Notes under the pieces: model-generated
Seen by the model: only the letters and a program-made list of their open reading frames with translations
Told to the model about the DNA's origin: nothing
Databases searched by the model: none
Program-made: the position numbers and the translations under genes
Part shown: piece by piece, positions 51,138 through 64,000 of the stretch
How positions within the stretch are numbered: the stretch's first letter is position 1
How the letters are laid out: each line of letters begins with the position of its first letter
Origin: Eledone cirrhosa
Lineage: Eukaryota
Direction: 5' to 3'
DNA: 64,000 bases
Assembly: GCA_964016885.1 (NCBI GenBank)
Contig: CAXHJY010000762.1
Coordinates: 1 to 64,000, forward strand

Positions 51138-51560
51138 GAGAGTGGATTGGTGGGAGAGTGGGAGAGTGGATTGGTGGGAGAGTGGATTGGTGGGAGAGTG
51201 GGAGAGTGGATTGGTGGGAGGGTGGATTGGTGGGAGAGTGGGAGAGTGGATTGGTGGGAGAGTGGATTGGTGGGAGAGTGGGAGAGTGGATTGGTGGGAG
51301 GGTGGATTGGTGGGAGAGTGGGAGAGTGGATTGGTGGGAGAGTGGGAGGGTGGATTGGTGGGAGGGTGGGAGAGTGGGAGAGTGGATTGGTGGGAGAGTG
51401 GGAGAGTGGATTGGTGGGAGAGTGGGAGAGTGGATTGGTGGGAGGGTGGATTGGTGGGAGGGTGGGAGAGTGGGAGAGTGGATTGGTGGGACTGTGGGAG
51501 AGTGGATTGGTGGGAGAGTGGGAGGGTGGATTGGTGGGAGGGTGGGAGAGTGGGAGAGTT
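51138..51560 (+). repeat. G-rich minisatellite of 8-bp modules GGGAGAGT / GGATTGGT
   Basis: Direct reading; many GGG runs on one strand. Confidence 0.9.
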
Positions 51561-52363
51561 AGGTGGAGTTAATATTGCAGTGGATTGGTGAGGAAGATTG
51601 TATATGAAATGGCAGCTGACTGTAGTAACAGCAGACATGACAGTAACAACCATTTCATCGTCATCTATATAATCATCACCATGATGATCATTAGCATCAT
51701 ATTCCCCATCACCATCATCTTCATCATCACAATCATCATTACCATCATCATCACCATCATCATCGTCATCACCATCACAATCATCATCATCACCAGCAGT
51801 AACAACAGCACTATTAACAGCTGGAACAACAACAAAGACAATAGCAGCACTAATAACAACAACCACAGCAACAACAACAACCACAGCAACAACCACCAGA
51901 GCAACAACAACCGCAGCACCAATACAACCACCACAGCAACAACAACCACCACAGCAACAACAACCACCACAGCAACAACCACAACAACATCAATAATGAC
52001 GGTACTAAATGCAGCATTATATATGCAACAATCCATATTATGTTACCGAAATACGAACATGTCCTTCAATATTTATCATGAGATTATGTCTAAATAAAGA
52101 CAGCTAAATATATAGAGGTGTGATGGTTGACAACATGGCTGAGTGGACGGGGGAGAACTTGAGCACAACCCAACCACTTACCCATGAGCCCCACAGATGG
52201 GGGCAGTTATAGTACAGTGTTCGGTATTGTATTGTTCCAACGTCCCCGAAATTTTCACACTCTTTACCTACTCCATCAAGTGGAAAATTAATATATTTCT
52301 TCGTTGTACTGTGTTGCTTGTTTTGCTATTTCTGCTTACTTTACACACACACACACACACACG

Positions 52364-52457
<94 letters not shown>

Positions 52458-52887
52458 GTGGTTCCAGTGGCATGTCATTAGAAGCCAATAACAAAGAACT
52501 TAACCCAGGCCTTAAAAACTTCGAGAATTAATATATATTTAATGAACACTTTCAATACAAACTCCAGTATATTTCGTTGATTTGTGCAGATAAACATGAA
52601 AGAAAGTTAAGAAATAATGTAATGCCGAGTACAGATTTATTCTATTATTATATGATGTTTATTAGTTGAGACAAGACACATCGATTGCTTTTTATCTACA
52701 GTCAAATCATATCGCCAAATGGACGGTCTACGAAGTGCGAAGTTTTCTTCACCAGACAAGATATTTTACATCACCTTTTAGTCCTCTATCAGCACTTAAC
52801 ATTGAACAGATGTGGAAAACTGTACAACTTATAACCTATGAATTGTCTACTGTAAATTGTAGTGGAGTAGTTGAAGATGAGGTTTCA

Positions 52888-53077
52888 TGGCAGTGTCGGT
52901 AGAGCGCCGGACAACGTTCTTTGCAGCATGTTACAACCCTTTACGTTCTAAGTTCAAATCTCGCTGAGGTTAGCGTAGCTTTTGATCTTTACTGGGTCGA
53001 TAAAATTTAAATACCAGTAAGACACTGGGGTCAATTTAATTGACTTTCCTCTCCCACAAAATTGCTGGCCTTGCATC
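52888..53077 (+). mobile_element. Diverged SINE family A
   Basis: tggcagtgtcggtagagcgccggac...aagttcaaatctcgctgaggtt...gggtcgataaaa. Confidence 0.75.
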
Positions 53078-53139
53078 TAAATCAGAAACCATTAGCCTCT
53101 ACTTACACACATACATACATACATACATACATACATACA

Positions 53140-53170
<31 letters not shown>

Positions 53171-53578
53171 CCATAGCAATACGTGAATGTCTTTTGTATG
53201 GTTGAGTAAATTTGTTGGAATTTGATATAGTGGAGAAGAAAGAAGTGAATTGGAGTAGTGTTGAGATGTTTTTCCCCTCGACTGTCGTGTAAACATTAAA
53301 TGTATACACTTCATGGGGGCTTTAACAAACGGTACTTCTATTACACCTACGTTGCTATGGACACAGATATAGAGGCAGCAAGCAGTGTGTCAGTCGGAGG
53401 CACATCTCACACTACTAAATAAACATATCCTTGCACAAACTGACACGCTACATACCAACACTAAATTATAATTACCCACTGATAAAAACACACCGTTGTT
53501 GATTTACGAAAATATCGTATATATATATAAATACATATATATATTGTTGCAGATAAGCACACGCCCATATACCTATAT

Positions 53579-53618
<40 letters not shown>

Positions 53619-53638
53619 ATATATATATATATATATAT

Positions 53639-54186
53639 GGTGGCTGCCAACTCGTTTTCGAGTACGGCCACTACTTTATATCCATGTAGGAGAACCCCTA
53701 CCAATGCGCTGAACGAGTGCGACTTTTTAGTCCAGCCAGCGACTTGAAAACTCTGGTACAAACACTACACCTGTGACAATTATTGACACATAGTGCTGGG
53801 CCCATGGTACCATGTGACGACAAGTGCAGAGAGATCTCCAGATATAAAGCAATGCCTGTGCTGTGAAGCTTTTATAGTGAGCAAAGGCACTGCACAAAGC
53901 CAGTCCCACTCTCTTAACCAAGATGATATTTACCAAAAAGAAGAACAATTCAACATCATTGGATACCATCAGGGTTGCAGGTGTTATATCAGAGTTTTCC
54001 TTCTCCTAGAATTCTGCCTTGACAAAGGCTAAGGGGTCATCTCTCCCGGTGATTTTGGATGGCTATTGACTCTTAAGAGCCCCTTTGCCTTTTGACAGGT
54101 TTTGTTTTTAGTCCTGCAGGATGTCCAAAGCCACCCTCCTCACCAAGAAACCTTGGTGGGGTTGCCAGTTTAGTCGCCAACGACCC
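53639..54186 (-). mobile_element. RTE-derived element copy 3 (slightly 5'-truncated)
   Basis: Reverse complement of ~30679-31226; in (TA)n. Confidence 0.85.
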
Positions 54187-54205
54187 TGAATATATATATA
54201 TATAT

Positions 54206-54290
54206 AGGGTCGGCTGAAAAGTTCATAGGCTGACTGAGATGCTATTGTCAAATGAGGTTTATTTTTTATAAACATGGTCCCTAGAAAGAA
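54206..54290. mobile_element. Possible mariner-type TIR remnant
   Basis: ta-gggtcggctgaaaagttcataggctgac resembles mariner termini (recall); no partner TIR seen. Confidence 0.35.
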
Positions 54291-54469
54291 ACAAAGCTGT
54301 CTTAGGGGCGCCGTATTGAAATATGAGGTTTCTTAGACATTTTAAGTCTGTATGGCGGAGCCACCCCTCTCCAGGTGTGCACAAAGCAGATTTTGTCGAG
54401 AGAAAGATAGAAAGTGAGACAAAGGAAATGAGAAAGAATCGGCCCCAGTATTAGACTGTCCCTGCTTTT

Positions 54470-54540
54470 TTTTTTATCAACCTCGAAAAGATGAAAGCCA
54501 AAGTTGACCTCGACGGGATTTGAACTCAGGGAGCCGGAAC
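54470..54540 (-). mobile_element. SINE family A fragment
   Basis: tttatcaacctcgaaaagatgaaagccaaagttgacctcgacgggatttgaactcag. Confidence 0.7.
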
Positions 54541-54581
54541 GAATATTGCAAAACATCCCATCTGATGTTCTAATGACTCCG

Positions 54582-54640
<59 letters not shown>

Positions 54641-55151
54641 CATGAACATATCGATTACATTCAAGCCCCGAATATTGTATATATTTTGATTACAATATTC
54701 TATACTAAAGACTACCATAAAAATACTATTGACTTATAAATAAAAACAAAAATATGTTACTATGAAGCAGTGTTAGATAAAGTTATGCTCCTTAGACTGT
54801 GTTCCAGTTTAGAATCCCAGTTTTCTCTCGACCAGGCGAAAACTATGATTTTTGCAAATGGTTTCCCGTATTCCAGTATAAACAATAAAGCTAAGCGTCC
54901 ATAAGTGGAAAATACTGATTATGAAAATGAAATAGAAAAATAGAGACATTAGCGTTTGACTTCAATCGCTTTCTATATTCCGTGTCAGAAAATAATAAAG
55001 TTTATCTCTTTTGCCACATGTATATAACTGAATATACATTGGCGGCAGTCGAGAAAAACTATCTTCTTTCTCTCGTCAAGCAATCGTAGCATTTAGCCAC
55101 TGTATCTATCTATATCTTTATATATATATATAAACACACACATTCATTCAT

Positions 55152-55201
<50 letters not shown>

Positions 55202-56024
55202 TGTATGCGTGTAGATATATGTATGTATAAATAAATATATATATATTAAATATATATATATATAAAATATATATATATATATATATGTGTGTGTATGTGT
55301 ACACAAATATATCTATATGTATGGGTATGTGTATGCATATGTGTAACATAAATATCTATCACAGACGCCATGACAGTAGGGTCAATTGTTTACTTCGAGA
55401 AATCATAGATATCTTACTGATTCCAGAACCGGGCGGAAAATCCATCATGAACGTGAAATAGCACTATATATATATATATATATATATGTATACACATACG
55501 CACACATATGTATATACCCTCATTTATATGTATATATATACATATATAACACGATGAATGGGTGCATGTCATGAGGTCTCAAATGAGAATAAGTTTTCAA
55601 CATTGAAGATATGGAGTTTTACGACTGTCGTAATATATTGTAAATTTTTAATGGTAGCCACTATAATTCTGACATGTTGAATGACGATGTTTCTCATTTT
55701 ATATTTATGCCATAATGACTAAGGCTACTATAACTATTACTTATACTAGCGCCTAGTTTCTATAATCCTTTCTTCTATGACTATTGTACGTGGATTGTAA
55801 AATATTTTGTCCATACGTAGTAAGTTGTACTGTGTATTAGTTGTCGGCGTGTTTGGTTTAATGATATAAATTATATGGCCATACATAGTAATGATGATGA
55901 TGATGATGATGGCAATAACAGTATCAACGACAACACGAAGAAACATGTCTTCATTTGCCACAAGGATACAACAGCAATAATAATTTTGATGATGATGACA
56001 ATAGTAATAATTGCTTCTTATATA

Positions 56025-56218
56025 GGCACAAGGCCGGCAATTCTTTGGGAGGGGAAAGTCTATTAAATCGACTCCAGTGCGTGACTGGTACTTTATTTTA
56101 TCGACCTCGTAAGAACGAAAGGCAAAGTTAACCTGGCGGGATTTGAACTCAGAACGCAAAGGGCCATAACTCCTACGCTGTAAAGCAGGGTGTTCGTCCC
56201 TCTACCGATACTGCCAAT
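56025..56218 (-). mobile_element. tRNA-derived SINE family A (near full length)
   Basis: Head-to-tail match with the other copies. Confidence 0.85.
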
Positions 56219-56396
56219 AGGTCGAACCAAGCATTGTTAGAGTAAATGCGTAGAGGGCAACTGTTAGGAAGCCCACTCTTTGGACAGGACCTGTTATTTA
56301 GAGGGAGGGCCAGCCTTTACACTCACACTGTCATACAGAATCTTACGGAAAATTATGTTAAAGACACACAAATCTAGGAAATGTTGAAGGCTTTTC

Positions 56397-56645
56397 GGCC
56401 TAGTGGTAAGGGTGTTAGATTTACTATTCCTGGACTGGGTTGTGCGTTGTGTTCTTGAACAAAACCTCTTTATTTTACATAGCTCTAATATACTCAACTG
56501 AAAATGAGTACCAGTAATAGCTGGGGGTTTAAACCTACGATGGACTGGTATCCTGTCCAGGAGGGAGTCTTGTACTCTCAGTTGCTTCACGCCATGGAAA
56601 TCAGGACAAGTACTGGCCTGATCAGCCTCTGTGCTCGAGACAGAT
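56397..56645 (+). mobile_element. Second tRNA-derived SINE family (Meta/V-domain-like core)
   Basis: A-box ggcctagtggtaagg; gcgttgtgttcttgaacaa...ctgaaaatgagtacc...cgatggactggtatcctgtccagg resembles conserved SINE cores (recall). Confidence 0.55.
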
Positions 56646-56802
56646 GTTAAACTTCAGATTTTAGGACAACTGGAAGACTCATAATTGAAACCGACGAAGA
56701 TCCATCCGATGATCATATGTTCTGTGAGTGTTCCAGTCTCTTGTATGACTGTATGGTTATTATTTACGTGATGTTATTTACCCCAACTCCCCGTGTTTCT
56801 CT

Positions 56803-57187
56803 ATTAATCATTGTTGTTGTTGTTTTTACTTTCGATGTTTGATGTTCATCGACTTGTACTACCACCACCACTACTACCGCCACCACCACCACTACTACCA
56901 CCGCCACCACCACCACTACTACCACCACCACCACCGCTACTACCACCACCATCACCACTACTACCACCACCACTACTACCACCGCTACCACCACCACTAC
57001 TACCACCACCACCACCACCACCACTACTACTACCACCACTACTACCACCGCCACCACCACCACTACTACTACCACAACCACCTCCATCACCACTACTACT
57101 ACCACCGCCACCACCACCACTACTACCACCACCACCACCACCACCACTACTACCACCACCACCACCACCACCACCACCACCACCACC

Positions 57188-57219
<32 letters not shown>

Positions 57220-57276
57220 AATTAATCATTATTGTTGTTTTTTACTTTCGATGTTTGATGTTCATCGACTTGTACT
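56803..57276. repeat. (ACC/ACT)n tract flanked by a ~56-bp direct repeat
   Basis: attaatcatt...tttactttcgatgtttgatgttcatcgacttgtact at 56803-56860 and 57221-57276. Confidence 0.9.
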
Positions 57277-57855
57277 GTTTCATTTATTTTCAAGCGAAAG
57301 GAAAGAGAAAATGGCGACATCTATTTTAACGATAAGAAGCCTGACGAGGGGGGGGGGGGCATTGTAGTAGAATTTCAAATATGTTATTGTCAGAATTGTG
57401 AGACAGGGAAACCCCGAAGACTCGGTCTTCCGCAATATGACAGCTATGGTAATACCAGCTATAGGGACAACAGCAACAGTAGTAGTAGTGTGGTGGTAGT
57501 AGTAGTGGTAGTAGCTGTGGTGGTGGTGGTAGTAGTAGCTGTGGTGGTGGTGGTAGTAGTAGCTGTGGTGGTGGTGGTTGTAGTAGCTGTGGTGGTGGTG
57601 GTTGTAGTAGCTGTGGTGGTTGTAGTAGTGGTAGTAGCTGTGGTGGTAGTAGTAGTAGTAGCAGCTGTGGTGGTATTAGTAGTAGTAGTAGTAGTAACTG
57701 TGGTGGTGGTGGTAGTGGTAGCTGTGGTGGTAGTAGTAGTAGTAGCTGTGGTGGTATTAGTGGTATTAGTAGTAGTAGCAGTAACTGTGGTGGTGGTGGT
57801 AGTAGTGGTGGTAATAACTGTGGTAGTAGCAACACAGATAATTATTTCTACATTT

Positions 57856-58029
57856 GGCACAAGGCCAGCAATTACCCAATGTATTACTGGTACTTTATTT
57901 TATCGACCCCGTAAGGATGAAAGGCAAAGTCAACCTCGGCGGGATTTGAACTCAGATCGTAAAGGGACGTAACTATGCTGGAAAGCATGGCGTCCGACCC
58001 TCTACTGATACTGCCAATCCACCACCGCC
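57856..58029 (-). mobile_element. tRNA-derived SINE family A
   Basis: Matches the other copies; followed by a partial copy at 58066-58180. Confidence 0.85.
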
Positions 58030-58179
58030 AAACACATAATGATAGGAATAAAGGTTTCTGGTTTAGGGACAAGACCAGCAATGTTGGGGACGGGGAAAGT
58101 CAAATCAACCGACCCCAGTACTGGACTGGTACTTTATTTTATTGACCTTGGAAAGGTGAAAGGCCACGGCATCATTTGG

Positions 58180-59010
58180 ACTACTACTACCACCAACACT
58201 ACTACCACCACCACTACCACTACTACTACCACTACCACTACTACTACCACCAACACTACTACCACCACTACCACTACTACCACCACACCACCAACACTAC
58301 TACTACTACTACTACTGTCACACAGTCCCCTTTATCATTATCAATATTAGTTTCATCACCATCATCACCATCACCATCATCATCACCACCATCACCACCA
58401 TCACCATCATCACCACCATCACAACCACCATCACCACCATCACCACCATCACCATCATCACCACCATCACCATCATCACAACCACCACCATCACCATCAC
58501 CACCACCATGACCACTATCACCATCATCACAACCACCAGTACCACCATCACTATTAGCACCACCATCACCACCACCACCATCACCACCACCACCACCACC
58601 ACCATCACCACCATCACCACCACCATCACCACCACCATCACCATCACCACTACCACCACCACCACCACCACCACCACCACCACCACCATCACCACTACCA
58701 CCACCACCACCACCACCACCACCACCACCACCATCACCACCACCATCACCACCACCACCATCATCACCACCACCATCACCACCACCATCACCACCACCAT
58801 CACCACCACCACCACCATCACCACCACCATCACCACCACCACCATCACTACCACCATCACCACCACCACCATCACCACCACCACCATCACCACCACCACC
58901 ATCACCACCACCATCACCACCACCATCACCACCACCATCACCACCACCACCATCACCACCACCACCACCACCACCACCACCATCACCACCACCACCACCA
59001 CCATCACCAT
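58180..59010. repeat. (ACT/ACC/ATC)n trinucleotide repeats
   Basis: Direct reading. Confidence 0.9.
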
Positions 59011-59416
59011 CAGCAGCAGCAACAATAACAAATATAAACGTTTCTACATTTGTAATATGGAAAAAAAAAAAAAAAAAAAAAATTAGCAAAGTTAATAACG
59101 CCGCAATCGTTGAATTAATGACAGAAGTATTAGGATGGGGAGGAGTGGGGGAGGAGGTAATGGAGGGTGGGTGGGGGTGTTAGCTGTAACCATGGAAACG
59201 GTAATAATGAAAAAGAGTAACAGTAGTATCAACAACAGCAACAACAACATCAACAATAGTAATAACGAGAAATATAAAAAGTAGTAATACTGAAATAAAA
59301 ATATATAACAACATCATCAACAACAGCAAAATAGAAACATCGAGGAAGCAGCTACAGGAATATATATATGTGTATATATATATATGCATATATATACATA
59401 TACATATGTATATATA

Positions 59417-59940
59417 TATCAGAGTTTTCCTTCTCCTAGAATTCTGCCTTGACAAAGGCTAAGGGGTCATCTCTCCCGGTGATTTTGGATGGCCATTGAC
59501 TCTTAAGAGCTCCTTTGCCCTTTGACAGGTTTTGTTTTTAGTCCTGCAGGATGTCCAAAGTCACCCTCCTCACCAAGAAACCTTGGTAGGGTTGCCAGTT
59601 TAGTCGCCAACGACCCGATGGTATCCAATGATGTTCTTCTTTTTGGTAAATATCATCTTGGTTAAGAGACTGGGACTGGCTTTGTGCAGTGCCTTTGCTC
59701 ACTATAAAAGCTTCACGGCACAGGCATTGCTTTATATCTGGAGATCTCTCTGCACTTGTGGTCACATGGTACCATGGGCCCAGCACTATGTGTCAATAAT
59801 TGTCACAAGTGTAGTGTTTGTACCAGAGTTTTCAAGTCGTTGGCTTGACTAAAAATCGCACTCGTTCAGCGCATCGGTAGGGGTTCTCCTACATGGATAT
59901 AAAGTAGTGGCCGTACTCGAAAACGAGTTTGGCAGCCACC
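59417..59940 (+). mobile_element. RTE-derived element copy 4 with inverted 5' portion
   Basis: 59417-59618 is the reverse complement of the consensus 5' part; 59617-59940 is the forward 3' part ending ggcagccacc(TA)n. Confidence 0.85.
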
Positions 59941-59973
<33 letters not shown>

Positions 59974-60100
59974 ATATATGCATACATACATGTATACAAA
60001 TACACACACACATATATATACACCACTAACAGCAAGAACATTATTAAAAAATAACACATACACACACATGTATATATATACATATATTATGTATTAGTTT

Positions 60101-60143
<43 letters not shown>

Positions 60144-60379
60144 CATACAATTAACATCAACAACAACAATAATAATAATAATAACAACAATGATAATAAT
60201 AATAACAATAATAACAACAATAAAAATAATAACAATAATAACAACAACAATAATAAAAGCCAGTAATGTTGTAAATACACATTTAACAAGACCGGACAAA
60301 GAAAAATAAAAGAATTAACAACAAAAAGAAAAATAGATTAAATGTAAAACAAGAGATGTGTAAAGAAATTGAATCTAGA

Positions 60380-63160
<2,781 letters not shown>

Positions 63161-63374
63161 GTGTGTAACTAACTAGATAAATAGTTCCACTGTGATTATT
63201 AACAAATATCACGAGAAAGAGAAGGGGAGGTAACTATCGACAGACTGACAGATTGATAATAAAGTGATCGTGTCCACCATTACAGTCAACAACAACAACA
63301 ACTAGAACAACGAAAATAGCAACTCGTAGATTATACATATTTAGACAAGAGGGGAAGGGGAAGATGTAGTACAT

Positions 63375-64000
63375 CATTATCATCACCACCAGCATCACCC
63401 TCATTATCATCACCACCACTCCCAGCATCACCATCACCACCACTACCACCACCACCACCACCACCACCGCTACCAGCACCCCCATCACGACCACCACCAT
63501 CACCACCACTATCACCATCACCACTACCAGCATCACCATCACCACCACCACCACCATCACCATCACCACCACCACCATCACCACCACTATCACCATCACC
63601 TCTACCAGCATCACCATCACCACCACCATCACCATCCCCATCACGACCACCACCATCACCACCACTATCACCATCACCACTACCAGCATCACCATCACCA
63701 CCACCATCACCATCACCATCACCACCATCACCACCACTATCACCATCACCTCTACCAGCATCACCATCACCACCACCATCACCATCCCCATCACGACCAC
63801 CACCATCACCACCACTATCACCATCACCACTACCAGCATCACCATCACCACCACCATCACCATCACCATCACCACCATCACCACCACTATCACCATCACC
63901 TCTACCAGCATCACCATCACCACCACCATCACCATCCCCATCACGACCACCACCATCACCACCACTATCACCATCACCACTACCAGCATCACCACCACCA
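63375..64000. repeat. (CAC/CAT)n with 150-bp higher-order period, running off the window end
   Basis: tctaccagca marker at 63601, 63751 and 63901. Confidence 0.85.

Noticed and set aside
50376-59089. Poly-His/Thr/Pro/Gly/Val ORFs
   Set aside because: Trinucleotide repeats are open in several frames on both strands, with no gene structure.

Overview
This is an extremely AT-rich, microsatellite-dominated stretch of eukaryotic non-coding DNA. The tRNA-derived SINE family resembles, from recall, the abundant octopod SINE, so an octopus-like cephalopod is the likely source (inference). I can support no intact protein-coding gene; almost every ORF in the track is a translation of (TA)n, (CA)n or (CAC)n repeats. 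The main discovery is a set of small non-coding hammerhead-ribozyme (HHR) retroelements, retrozyme-like or Penelope-derived, all sitting in (TA)n tracts. (1) A nearly perfect array of about 11.6 copies of a 466-bp unit (2037-7444), each full unit carrying a minimal type I HHR with a palindromic stem III, capped at its 5' end by a ~178-bp fold-back inversion. (2) A second HHR family in two copies (~21.8 kb and ~27.7 kb) with a covarying 5' hairpin. (3) A third family in three copies in which the DNA folds back inside HHR stem II, deleting the CUGANGA half. (4) One degenerate HHR at 19.1 kb. Also present: four copies of a non-autonomous RTE-LINE-derived element ending in a C2H2 zinc-finger remnant (one with a twin-priming-type 5' inversion), about nine tRNA-SINE copies, an R4/Dong-like LINE fragment fused to a SINE, MITE-like fold-backs, and several microsatellite-associated inverted or direct duplications.
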